Shown: positions 1 through 9,240 of the stretch, piece after piece
How positions within the stretch are numbered: position 1 is the first letter of the stretch
Layout of the letters: the number at the start of each line of letters is the position of its first letter
NCBI GenBank assembly: GCA_019112945.1
Contig: DXIJ01000055.1
Location: forward strand, 1-52,364
Source of the DNA: Candidatus Monoglobus merdigallinarum
Lineage (GTDB): Bacteria > Bacillota > Clostridia > Monoglobales > Monoglobaceae
DNA length: 52,364 nt
Reading direction: 5' to 3'
Made by a program: the position numbers and the translations under genes
The notes under the pieces: model-generated
What the model was told of the DNA's origin: nothing
The model's input: only the letters and a program-made list of their open reading frames with translations
The model's database searches: none

Positions 1-82
1 CGGGTATGAATTCTAATAGGCTCCTGCCGTATTCAGCCACAAAATCATGCTTATTGTCATACAACGATGAATTCCATTCCAT
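1..82 (-). CDS. N-terminus of a class I SAM-dependent methyltransferase (trans-aconitate methyltransferase-like); truncated by the window edge
   Basis: Manual translation from ATG at 82 gives MEWNSSLYDNKHDFVAEYGRSLLEFIP..., preceded by an AGGAG RBS; the W...Y...H.FV..YG N-terminus is typical of this family. Confidence 0.7.
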   Translation of the reverse strand, partial: MEWNSSLYDNKHDFVAEYGRSLLEFIP

Positions 83-269
83 TTTAACTCTCCTGAATTC
101 TTAATTTGCATAACAGACAACGCTCGTTAAATTTAATCGTATGTCGGTTATAATATATCATACCACAACCGTGTGCGGCATTCAAGGCAAAGCTTGTTTT
201 TTAGGGGCTGCAAATAAAAAACCCGTGCCGCAGGGGCACAGGCTTAGTTCACACAGTCAAAAATAAGGC

Positions 270-428
270 TTAGTCAACCTTACTGAATTGATCTTTTCCG
301 ACTCCGCAGAGCGGGCATAAAAAATCGTCCGGAACATCCTCCCACTTTGTACCGGGAGCTATGCCGTTATCGGGGTCTCCCGCAACTTCATCATAAATGT
401 ATCCGCAAACATCGCAAATATATTTCAT
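270..428 (-). CDS. Rubredoxin, 52 aa (not in ORF track)
   Basis: Manual translation [52 protein letters not shown] with CxxCGY and CPxCG iron-binding motifs; AAGGAAG RBS. Confidence 0.97.
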   Translation of the reverse strand: MKYICDVCGYIYDEVAGDPDNGIAPGTKWEDVPDDFLCPLCGVGKDQFSKVD

Positions 429-510
429 TTTTGTCTTCCTTTCCGCCGGAGCTTGCCGGCATACAATATATTTTGACCCGGATCATATTCTGTTAATCAC
501 CGTCAGATAT

Positions 511-539
511 ATTATATATTACCTCGCAATGCTTGTCAA
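511..539 (-). promoter_or_regulatory. Sigma-A promoter of rubredoxin
   Basis: TTGACA-17 bp-TATAAT on the minus strand. Confidence 0.85.
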
Positions 540-583
540 TATTAATTGAAAAATTTGCCAAAATTACTATTTGACGCTTTGAG

Positions 584-820
584 ACAGGAACTAACCCGTC
601 ACCGCCCTAACTCCTGCGTCAAAGTGAGCGTTGCTTGCTCCGTTTTTGTCAAGATACAAAAACTGTCGCCTGCGCCGCTGCTCCTCCTTTTCGCAAAAAG
701 GCACGCTGCGCTACCACCTTTTTGCGATTGTTCCACTGCTGTGATAAAAAGATAGGCAGAAACTAACCCGTCACGTCCTAACTCCTAATTCCCAATCCCC
801 AATCCCCAATCCCTACGTTG
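584..820 (+). repeat. Dispersed modular repeat, locus A: two AACCCGTCAC..CCTAA motifs, a palindromic hairpin module, a heptamer tract and the CCCTACGTTG end
   Basis: Visible homology to 6216-6320, 38087-38326 and 49264-49604. Confidence 0.8.
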
Positions 821-846
821 ACAGCACCCGCATTAAGAAGTATAAT
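818..846 (+). promoter_or_regulatory. Consensus sigma-A promoter of the TetR gene
   Basis: TTGACA (818-823), 17 bp, TATAAT (841-846). Confidence 0.85.
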
Positions 847-907
847 TATACTGACAGATTTAAACATAATGCGCGGTCTTGGCGCAGCGGATTACGAGGT
901 GAAGCAA

Positions 908-1462
908 TTGAACAAAAAAGAAGACCTGAGAATAAAACGCTCTAAGCGGCTGCTCTCGAACGCGCTCTTTGAGCTTATAAAAGAAAAACCGTTTGAAAAG
1001 ATAACGGTCAGCGACATCTGCGAAAGGGCGCTTGTTCAGCGCGCGACGTTCTATTCACACTTTGCCGATAAATATGAGCTTTTAAGCTACACGCTCGACA
1101 AGCACATACCGTTTAAAATTTCAGAAAGCTCTGCTGACGACCCCGAATCTCCCGGCCTTATTGAAGAAATCATTACACATATTGACAGGCACCGGGAAGT
1201 TTACTGCTCTATCGTAAAAAACAGATCATCCGAGACAGTGTCTGACAAAATACAGCAGCTGCTCGAGCACAAGCTGAACCTTATAGCAAACGATAAAATA
1301 CAAAACGGCGGAGAGCTCCCGGTCGCCCCGGAATTCTGGTCTGCGTTTTACGCAGGCGCCTGCATTAACACTGTAAACAAATGGCTGGAGGGTAAGATCA
1401 ATATAACCGCAAAGGAGCTTATATCAAATCTGAGCACTCTGCTTTCCGTATCACGCCGCTGA
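908..1462 (+). CDS. TetR/AcrR family transcriptional regulator
   Basis: N-terminal DLRIKRSKRLLSNALFEL..KPFEKITVSDICERALVQRATFYSHF HTH; start moved to TTG 908, which follows a GAGGTG RBS. Confidence 0.92.
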   Translation: MNKKEDLRIKRSKRLLSNALFELIKEKPFEKITVSDICERALVQRATFYSHFADKYELLSYTLDKHIPFKISESSADDPESPGLIEEIITHIDRHREVYCSIVKNRSSETVSDKIQQLLEHKLNLIANDKIQNGGELPVAPEFWSAFYAGACINTVNKWLEGKINITAKELISNLSTLLSVSRR

Positions 1463-1493
1463 TATACATTTTATACAAAATTTATTATAAAAC

Positions 1494-1556
1494 TTGATTT
1501 TTAAGCTCAATCGTGCTATAATCCTTTTTGTAACTTATTTGTAACATTTTTGTAAC
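1494..1556 (+). promoter_or_regulatory. Sigma-A promoter followed by three TGTAAC direct repeats at 11-bp period (OmpR/PhoB-type operator)
   Basis: TTGATT-17-TATAAT with extended TG; TGTAAC at 1529, 1540 and 1551. Confidence 0.7.
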
Positions 1557-1586
1557 ATAAATAACGAAAGGAATATTTTAACACAT

Positions 1587-2750
1587 ATGCAATTTGACAT
1601 TTTTAATAAGACAGCAGCTGCAGCAATATTGGCCGCAGCAATGCTTATCGGATCTATAAACGCTTATGCGGTGGAATCGGAATACGATTATGATTTTCAG
1701 ATCGACGTTTCAGCGTTTTCGAACGCTTCCGCCGGTACGATATCCGCAGATACGCCGGCCGGAACCACAGCAGCGATAACCGAAAACGGCAGCAAACTTT
1801 ACGTAAACGGGCATGAGCGGTATTTAAGCTCTCCTATGATTTATGCCGACGGCACTCTAATGGCGGCGCTCACTTCTCTGCCGGACTTTATACAGTGCAG
1901 CGTGTATTACGACCCGTCGCTTTACACCGCATACGTCATTAACAGTGATTACTCAATCAAAATTGCACTCGGCAGCAATCTGGCAGTTATCAACAACACA
2001 TACACGGAGGAATGGTCAGCGCCGCTTATCAATTACTACGGCACATTGTATGTTCCTCTGGAATCCCTGATGAACTCACTGTGGTATACGGTCGACTTCA
2101 CAAATTACGACTGCGTCAACATTGTCAGTCACACTCCGCAGGACTACCAGTACAGCTATATCGGCGGAGTGCATGTCTGCTATATCGACCCGCTAAACAT
2201 TAAGGCCGAGGCTATTGTGAACAAGTCGGCCGAGAGCAGCGGCAAGAGTAATTACAGCAACTCCACTTTCTTTGGCTGGGAGGCAACGGGTAACACATAT
2301 TCCGTCGGAATCATAGTCAGCGACGGACAGGTAATCTCCAACTACATAACCCACGGCAGCCCGGTGACCACTCTGATAGTTCACTACGACGGCAGCGTAG
2401 AGATAAAGCGTGTATCTAACATTTACGAGGAGGAAAATGTTCTGTTCGCGGTTAGCGGCTGCGGCGTTCTGCCCACAGTCACCGCTTCTGAGGAGGGATT
2501 TGTCGGAACTTTCGACATTGACAGATACACAAACCGAACCTACATAGGCTATAATCCGGATATGGACAAAATCGTACTCTGCGTAAGCTCTTCAACAACG
2601 CTCGCACGTGCCGGTCAGGTTCTGTCCTCACTCGGCTGCATGTCGGGTCTGGCTCTTGACGGAGGCGGCAGCGCCGCACTCGGTCTGGATAACGGCGTCA
2701 GGTTCACATCTGACGGCAGAAAGCAATACGCAGTGCTCTATTGGGAATAA
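1587..2750 (+). CDS. Secreted protein with copper-amine-oxidase-N-like domain and C-terminal phosphodiester glycosidase (NAGPA-like) domain
   Basis: Signal peptide; LYVNG...LYVPL motifs; C-terminal RTYIG and LALDGGGS motifs. Confidence 0.75.
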   Translation: MQFDIFNKTAAAAILAAAMLIGSINAYAVESEYDYDFQIDVSAFSNASAGTISADTPAGTTAAITENGSKLYVNGHERYLSSPMIYADGTLMAALTSLPDFIQCSVYYDPSLYTAYVINSDYSIKIALGSNLAVINNTYTEEWSAPLINYYGTLYVPLESLMNSLWYTVDFTNYDCVNIVSHTPQDYQYSYIGGVHVCYIDPLNIKAEAIVNKSAESSGKSNYSNSTFFGWEATGNTYSVGIIVSDGQVISNYITHGSPVTTLIVHYDGSVEIKRVSNIYEEENVLFAVSGCGVLPTVTASEEGFVGTFDIDRYTNRTYIGYNPDMDKIVLCVSSSTTLARAGQVLSSLGCMSGLALDGGGSAALGLDNGVRFTSDGRKQYAVLYWE

Positions 2751-2757
2751 TATGCTA

Positions 2758-2787
2758 AAGACCTAAGCTGTGCGCTTGGGTCTTTTT
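2758..2787 (+). terminator. Intrinsic terminator
   Basis: AAGACCTAAGC / GCTTGGGTCTT stem followed by T-tract. Confidence 0.75.
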
Positions 2788-2977
2788 GTGTGAATAAATA
2801 AATTTTAGTATATTTATATTATATTAGATATTTTTTTACATATCAAATAAATTCAGTATAATTTTTTGCCATTTAAGAGGATTTTTATGATTTTAGGCGA
2901 ATTTTATAAAGAGTGGTAAAAACATAAAAGTCGATTTAAACGTGATTTTTAAGCATTTCAGAAAGGGAGAGAATTAA

Positions 2978-5437
2978 ATGGCAAAAGACAAAACAAACGA
3001 ACCTCTCTTTGACCCGAGCAGGCTGAATATAATTCCGGTCGACCTTGACAACGAGATGAAGAAGTCTTATATCGACTACTCCATGTCAGTAATCGTCAGC
3101 CGTGCCCTGCCGGATGTCAGAGACGGGCTGAAGCCTGTCCACAGGAGAATATTATACGCTATGTATGAAGACGGGATCACACCCGACAAGCCGTATAAAA
3201 AGTGCGCCACTACAGTCGGTAACGTCTTGGGAAGATACCATCCGCACGGAGACTCTTCTGTCTATGACGCACTCGTGCGCATGGCGCAGGACTTTTCCAT
3301 GCGTTATCCCACCGTTGACGGTCACGGAAACTTCGGCTCCATAGACGGCGACGGCGCGGCGGCATACAGATATACCGAGGCCAGAATGTCAAAGCTGTCG
3401 CTCAACATGCTGACCGATATCGGCAAAGACACGGTCGACTTTATGCCGAACTTTGACGAGAGCAAGGAGGAACCTGTCGTGCTGCCCTCAAGGTTCCCGC
3501 ATCTGCTGGTAAACGGCTCTGACGGCATAGCGGTCGGCATGGCGACCAAGATACCTCCCCATAACCTGGGGGAGGTCATTGACGGGGTCATAGCGCTTAT
3601 CGACAACCCCGACATCACGGTCGATGAGCTTATGGAATACATTCCGGGTCCCGACTTCCCGACCGGCGGGCAGATCATGGGCACAAGCGGAATCCGCGCC
3701 GCGTACTCGACCGGACGCGGCAAACTTAAAGTACGCGCAAAAGCTGAGATAGAGCCGTGGAAAGAGGGACGAGAGCGCATTGTTGTGACAGAGATCCCGT
3801 ACATGGTAAACAAAGCACGCCTTATAGAGAAGATCGCGGACCTGGTTCACGAGAAGCGCGTTGAGGGGATCTCCGACCTGCGTGATGAATCTGACAGAGA
3901 CGGTCTGAGGATCGTTATAGAGCTGAAGCGCGACGCCAACTCTCAGATTGTGCTTAACCAGTTATACAAGTATACGCAGCTTGAGGATACATTCGGCGTT
4001 ATAATGCTTGCCCTGGTCGACAGGATTTCGCCCAAGGTGCTGTCGCTCAAAGAAGTACTCAGGCATTATATCGACTTCCAAAAAGATGTTATAGTAAGGC
4101 GCACAAAGTTTGACAAGAAAAAAGCAGAGGCCAGAGCACATATTCTTGAAGGCCTGCAGATCGCGCTCAATAACATTGACGAGGTCATAAATATAATCAG
4201 AAACAGCTATAACGATGCAAAGCAGAGGCTTATCGAGCGTTTTGCCTTTTCGGACGAGCAGGCTCAGGCGATCTTAGATATGCGTCTCGGACGCCTCGCC
4301 GGCATGGAACGCGAAAAGGTCGATAACGAATTAAACGAGCTGCACGAGCTGATCGCTCATCTTGGTGAGATCCTGGAGAGCGAACAGATGGTGCTTGATA
4401 TAATAAAAGAAGAGATAACCGAGATCAAGAATAAATTCTCGGATCCGAGAAGAACTTCTATTGAACCGGTTGCGGACGATATAGATATCGAGGACTTGAT
4501 AGCCGAGGAGGACAACGTCATTACAATGACCCACCAGGGTTATATAAAGCGGCTCCCGGTCGATACTTACAGAAGCCAGCACAGAGGCGGCAAGGGTATT
4601 GTCGGAATGCAGACCAAGGAGGAGGATTTTGTTTCGACAATGTTTATCTCCTCAACACATTCATACGTTATGTTTTTCACAAACACCGGCAGAATGTTCC
4701 GTATAAAGGCCTACAGGATACCGGAGGCCGGCCGTCAGGCAAAGGGCACTCCTATAATCAACCTGCTTGATATGATGCCCGGCGAGAGCATTTCCGCTGT
4801 TATTCCGATAAAGGAATACTCTCAGGGACAGTACCTGACAATGTGCACACGTCACGGCATAATCAAAAAGACGGACATAATGGAATATCAAAATGCTCCG
4901 AAAGGCGGCAAGATAGCTATTAAACTTGACGACGGCGACGAACTGCTCAGGGTTAAGCTGACAAACGGCAACACCGATTTATTCTTCGGCACGCATAACG
5001 GCAAGATGATACGCTTTAACGAGAAAGACGCGCGTGAGCTTGGACGTGTCTCACGCGGAATGCGCGCAATAAAGCTCGAAGACGATGACTATGTTGTCGG
5101 CATGAGCATATACCGCGAGAACTGCAAAATGCTGGTCGTTTCCGAAAACGGCTACGGCAAAAAGACAGACCTTGGCGAATACAAAATTCAGGCGCGCGGC
5201 GGCAAGGGCTGCTCTACCTATAAGATCACGCCTGAGACCGGAAAGATCGCCGGCATCAAGGTCGTATCCCCCGATGACGATATTATACTCATAACCTCAG
5301 ACGGTATTATCATCAGGCTCGACACCGAGGACATCAGCACCTACAGCAGAGTGACCAAGGGAGTTAAGCTAATGCGCCTTGGCGACGGCGTTAAGATAAC
5401 CACTATCGCCAGAGTTGAAAAGGAGCATGACGAATAA
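2978..5437 (+). CDS. gyrA: DNA gyrase subunit A
   Basis: [28 protein letters not shown] with catalytic Tyr, GyrA-box QHRGGKG, C-terminal beta-pinwheel repeats. Confidence 0.97.
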   Translation: MAKDKTNEPLFDPSRLNIIPVDLDNEMKKSYIDYSMSVIVSRALPDVRDGLKPVHRRILYAMYEDGITPDKPYKKCATTVGNVLGRYHPHGDSSVYDALVRMAQDFSMRYPTVDGHGNFGSIDGDGAAAYRYTEARMSKLSLNMLTDIGKDTVDFMPNFDESKEEPVVLPSRFPHLLVNGSDGIAVGMATKIPPHNLGEVIDGVIALIDNPDITVDELMEYIPGPDFPTGGQIMGTSGIRAAYSTGRGKLKVRAKAEIEPWKEGRERIVVTEIPYMVNKARLIEKIADLVHEKRVEGISDLRDESDRDGLRIVIELKRDANSQIVLNQLYKYTQLEDTFGVIMLALVDRISPKVLSLKEVLRHYIDFQKDVIVRRTKFDKKKAEARAHILEGLQIALNNIDEVINIIRNSYNDAKQRLIERFAFSDEQAQAILDMRLGRLAGMEREKVDNELNELHELIAHLGEILESEQMVLDIIKEEITEIKNKFSDPRRTSIEPVADDIDIEDLIAEEDNVITMTHQGYIKRLPVDTYRSQHRGGKGIVGMQTKEEDFVSTMFISSTHSYVMFFTNTGRMFRIKAYRIPEAGRQAKGTPIINLLDMMPGESISAVIPIKEYSQGQYLTMCTRHGIIKKTDIMEYQNAPKGGKIAIKLDDGDELLRVKLTNGNTDLFFGTHNGKMIRFNEKDARELGRVSRGMRAIKLEDDDYVVGMSIYRENCKMLVVSENGYGKKTDLGEYKIQARGGKGCSTYKITPETGKIAGIKVVSPDDDIILITSDGIIIRLDTEDISTYSRVTKGVKLMRLGDGVKITTIARVEKEHDE

Positions 5438-5495
5438 ACAGCGCCGTTCATATCCCTGCGCTGTTAAAAAATACAAAAGAACAGGAGGTTTTTTA

Positions 5496-6128
5496 ATGGA
5501 ACTGAACAAAAAGCGCACAGCGCTTACAATCGGAGCACTCATACTCTCGTGCACCATGCTCTTCGGCTGCGGCAGGGAGAAAAAAGAAGAACAGGCGACC
5601 CACGAAGCGGAGGCCTCGAGCGTTGAAACGTCATCATTTGACGCACAGACCCCAAAAAGCACGGACGCAGAAACTCCGGATAAAACTCCGGAAGCCTCAG
5701 CACAAAGCGTCAGTTCGGAGAGCATACCGAGCCGGGTCGATTCCGAGCTTGCCGACGCCGAATCTTTTGTTTCCGCCGGAATGTATGACGACGCGCGGGA
5801 AATGCTGAGCTCGGTCAACCGCGACGAGCTGAGCGGTGAACAGCTTGAACAGTACCAGAAGATAGAAACCGAAATATACAACGCCTCTCAGTCCGCTGCC
5901 GCAGCGGACAGCTTCACACCCGAGATGGCAGTCAGGATAGTTGAGGACGCTTACGGGATCCAAATTGACGGCGACCTATCCGGCCTGATGCCCGAAAAAA
6001 ATTCCGAGGGAGTGGAATTTTACAGAATGCAGATCCAGGTCGACAGCCAGAACGCAAAAAAGACAGTTAACGTCTATCAAAACGGAGACATTGAAGAAAT
6101 TTCAAGCGAACCGATCGCATTCGGATAA
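5496..6128 (+). CDS. Lipoprotein of unknown function
   Basis: AGGAGG RBS before ATG 5496; lipobox LFGC; low-complexity S/T/E linker. Confidence 0.75.
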   Translation: MELNKKRTALTIGALILSCTMLFGCGREKKEEQATHEAEASSVETSSFDAQTPKSTDAETPDKTPEASAQSVSSESIPSRVDSELADAESFVSAGMYDDAREMLSSVNRDELSGEQLEQYQKIETEIYNASQSAAAADSFTPEMAVRIVEDAYGIQIDGDLSGLMPEKNSEGVEFYRMQIQVDSQNAKKTVNVYQNGDIEEISSEPIAFG

Positions 6129-6132
6129 AAGA

Positions 6133-6176
6133 AAAGACAGGGGTGGAGTTTATACTTCCGCCCCTGTCTTTTTTTG
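6133..6176 (+). terminator. Intrinsic terminator (possibly bidirectional)
   Basis: AAAAGACAGGGG..CCCCTGTCTTTTTTT. Confidence 0.8.
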
Positions 6177-6215
6177 TCTTTATTATACACTCTTGCGTAA
6201 AAATAAGCTCCGCGC

Positions 6216-6320
6216 AAGCCTGCCGCAGATTGCACTTATCAGAAAGTTTTAAGAATAAACTCAATATTTGCTCGAGAATAAACCTGTCACAGTACCAATC
6301 GCTAATTAATCCCTGTGTTG
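6216..6320 (+). repeat. Dispersed modular repeat, locus B (degenerate)
   Basis: Aligns by eye with 49499-49604: CCTGCCGCAG.TTGCA...GAGA..AA.CC.GTCAC...ATCCCT..GTTG. Confidence 0.7.
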
Positions 6321-6326
6321 CTGCGT

Positions 6327-9197
6327 TTATTCAAGGACAACAGCCGCAGCGGCAGGCGCAAGCTTTTCATTCCAAAGCATAGCCTTTGCGGTTTCATCTT
6401 GATTTAAAATAAGCTCTTCATTTATTATTCTCTGAGCCCTAGGCTCTATTTTATAAATCAAAACCCTCTTTAATATTTGAAGCTCTTTGTCATATATACC
6501 TACTATCATAACGCCGCTGTCTGCACCGCCGCTGTTTAAGACCGAAGCTGTAAGCCGTCCGTCTTTAAGCTCCGGCTCTTCAATGTAGTAAATCCCCGGA
6601 GACACAGTCGGTGTGGCTGTCGGTGTGGCTGTCGGCGAAGCCGTTGGCGAGGCTGTCGGTGAAGCTGTCGGTGAAGCTGTTGGCGGGGCTGTCGGTGAAG
6701 CCGTTGGCGAAGCTATCGGTGAAGCTATCGGTGAAGCTGTCGGTGAAGCCGTTGGCGAGGCTGTCGGTGAAGCTGTTGGTGAAGCCGTTGGCGAGGCTGT
6801 CGGCAATGCTGTTGGTGAAGTCGTTGGCTCCGCAGCACCGCTCAATACAAACTCGGCGCTTACTGTTACATTTTCGGCCGGCATATTAAACGTATACTCG
6901 TTCTCATCCTGCTTTGTCACAGCTGTTCCGCTGCTGACGCTGACAGAAGCGGTCTCATAGTCCTCATCCGGAGATGTTATGACCGTCACGGTCTCACCCT
7001 CTTTTGCTGTGGGCATGGCAGGGCTGAACACCGCGCTTTCTATTCCTATCTTTGAGCCGTTAGCCCAGGCGTAATACTCTCCGCCCGCAGCACAGTCAAT
7101 AACATACTCGTGTATGTCTGTATTCGAATAAGTCTGCGACTGTATAATATATTTTTGACTGACATTATCGTATATGTTAAACTGCTTTCCGGTGTACACA
7201 TATAATCTCAGCTTCAGAGTACCCTCGGCAGGGGTATCAAACCGCAGAACGGTTCCGGTCGGCTTGTTCGAATCCGAAAACGGCGGGTTTGCAGTAGGGT
7301 TCTCGGTTCCGACAATGAATTTGGCGTCTTTGTTTGTCGCGGTCATTGACGCATCACCAACATAAAGACTGTCATGCGTCCTTATGGTTCCTCCGGATTC
7401 GTCCGTTCCGTTTACATATAAGGTCTGAGGACCTTTAAGCACAAGCGTATTAGCCGCAGCACCCGCTTCAATATAATCGGAAGCCTGCCACAGTGCATCA
7501 TCAGAAGATCCTCCGCTGCCTGACGCGGTGCTTATCTCTATACTGCCGTTTTGTATATTCTCATCTATACTTATGCTGTACTTGGGCTCAGGAGTTGGCG
7601 TTGCAGTCGGCTTGGGCGTTGCGGTCGGCCTTGGGGTTGCCGTTGGAGTCGGCGTAGGCTTTGACGGATCCCAGGTCGGCCCTGGCGACGCCGAGGGAGT
7701 CGGGTCGCCGCCGGCAAGCTCGAATGAGTATATCTCAAGGTTCAGATATCCGGCATATTTACCGTTAGCTGCGGTCTCAAGCGCGTCTGACGGGTCATTT
7801 TTATCAAGGCCGTTTGAATCCTCCCAGTCGTCGGGTATGCCGTCATTGTCGCCGTCGGCCGCCTTTGTTCCCGTAAGGGCCGGCCACTCAATAGCCGAAT
7901 CTCCCCAGTCGACCGAACCGTTGCTGCCCGCCGTACCCGTTCTGCCTATAACATCACTGACTGCGCGTTCGTCAATAGCATCGCGCGAAATACTCGCTCC
8001 CGCATACTCAAGAACTCTGTAGTACGCCCTCTCCGCCGAATCGGTAATGATTGGATAATCGTTTATATATTGAGTATGTGATAATTCATCACTCGGATTT
8101 TGGCTCGGATCGTAGGCGGTAAGATCATATGTATCCGCATCAGACGTATCAACACCCTTAGTGTTGTCCGCGTTAATTTCATCAACCCTGCTGCTGCTTG
8201 ACTTTGCGTCATAATAATTTCCCGATATTGCAAGGTCAGTTCCCCAATTCTTAACTCCGCGTTTTGAACCGCCGGTCATCTGATAAAATCTTTTTATAGA
8301 GCTGCTTAGAGGTCCTTCCTTGTAATAGTTGTTCACCAGGTTTACTCTGACGCCGTTTTCACCGCCATAGGAGTTGTTGGATCGCCAATTGTAAAACACA
8401 TTGTTTCTCACATCAAGCAAACTTTCGGTATCAGCGCCGTTATTATATGATCTTACCGTCTCGCTTGTTCCCACTCTCGGGAATCTGCTCTTTGCGCTTG
8501 AAACAAGATTGTGGTGGAAGCTCGCGTTAACTCCGCCCCAAATACCGCCGTAGCCGTGCTCCTGAAGAACTCCGTCCTCTACATGAATGGAAGTATTGAG
8601 CGGCTCTGTGAGTATACACCACTGCACGGTACAATCCTTTACAGCATATATCGAGCAGCACTCATCTGTTGACCAGCTCATACTGCAATGGTCAATGATA
8701 AGGCTGTGATTACTGCTGGTGCTGCCCAGTGCGTCGCCGTCATATTTTAGGCTGTCCTCGTCATAAACACCCATTCTGAACCGCAAATAACGCATTATTA
8801 TATTGTCTGCACTTATATTGGTCGGCGCCCCCTTGATACAGATACCGTCACCGGGCGCGGTCTGACCAAGTATCGTTAAGTTATCACCGGTTATATTCAG
8901 CGTTGATTTTAGCTCAATAGTACCCGCAACATCAAATACAATTATTCTGTTGCTCTCAGACACTGCGTCTCTAAGCGAACCGCTGCCGCTGTCGTTTAAG
9001 TTAGTGACATGATAGACTGCCGGGCTTCCCGCTGCTCTGGCTCCTGTCGCATACATACCTCCGCCCTCTGCGCCCGGAAACGCAATAAGCGCATCTCCGC
9101 CTGCGGCGGAAGTTCGGAACGACGGCAGCCATATGCCGGTAAGTATAATGCAGATGGCTGTTATCACCGAAACAATGCCGAAACCTCTTTTACTCAT
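6327..9197 (-). CDS. Secreted PL1-family pectate lyase with P/T-rich linkers, a divergent InlB B-repeat-like segment and a C-terminal module of unknown function
   Basis: AFPGAEGGG, VTNLNDSGSGSLR, GQTAPGDG, IIDHCSMSW, RFPR motifs; DGDNDGIPDDWE Ca-binding repeat. Confidence 0.9.
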   Translation of the reverse strand: MSKRGFGIVSVITAICIILTGIWLPSFRTSAAGGDALIAFPGAEGGGMYATGARAAGSPAVYHVTNLNDSGSGSLRDAVSESNRIIVFDVAGTIELKSTLNITGDNLTILGQTAPGDGICIKGAPTNISADNIIMRYLRFRMGVYDEDSLKYDGDALGSTSSNHSLIIDHCSMSWSTDECCSIYAVKDCTVQWCILTEPLNTSIHVEDGVLQEHGYGGIWGGVNASFHHNLVSSAKSRFPRVGTSETVRSYNNGADTESLLDVRNNVFYNWRSNNSYGGENGVRVNLVNNYYKEGPLSSSIKRFYQMTGGSKRGVKNWGTDLAISGNYYDAKSSSSRVDEINADNTKGVDTSDADTYDLTAYDPSQNPSDELSHTQYINDYPIITDSAERAYYRVLEYAGASISRDAIDERAVSDVIGRTGTAGSNGSVDWGDSAIEWPALTGTKAADGDNDGIPDDWEDSNGLDKNDPSDALETAANGKYAGYLNLEIYSFELAGGDPTPSASPGPTWDPSKPTPTPTATPRPTATPKPTATPTPEPKYSISIDENIQNGSIEISTASGSGGSSDDALWQASDYIEAGAAANTLVLKGPQTLYVNGTDESGGTIRTHDSLYVGDASMTATNKDAKFIVGTENPTANPPFSDSNKPTGTVLRFDTPAEGTLKLRLYVYTGKQFNIYDNVSQKYIIQSQTYSNTDIHEYVIDCAAGGEYYAWANGSKIGIESAVFSPAMPTAKEGETVTVITSPDEDYETASVSVSSGTAVTKQDENEYTFNMPAENVTVSAEFVLSGAAEPTTSPTALPTASPTASPTASPTASPTASPTASPIASPIASPTASPTAPPTASPTASPTASPTASPTATPTATPTVSPGIYYIEEPELKDGRLTASVLNSGGADSGVMIVGIYDKELQILKRVLIYKIEPRAQRIINEELILNQDETAKAMLWNEKLAPAAAAVVLE
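6603..6830 (-). repeat. In-frame 12-bp tandem repeat encoding an (ASPT)n linker
   Basis: GAAGCTGTCGGT-like units; protein TASPTASP... Confidence 0.95.
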
Positions 9198-9240
9198 GAT
9201 TTTTTGCCTTCTTCCTGTTTTATCTTCATTTATCAGTATT

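Noticed and set aside
546-755. 69-aa ORF on the plus strand
   Set aside because: Translation of repeat locus A; no RBS or recognisable family
6143-6382. Short ORFs between the lipoprotein and pectate lyase genes
   Set aside because: They span a terminator and repeat locus B
6603-6830. Possible CRISPR array
   Set aside because: Contiguous in-frame 12-bp repeats with no spacers and no cas genes
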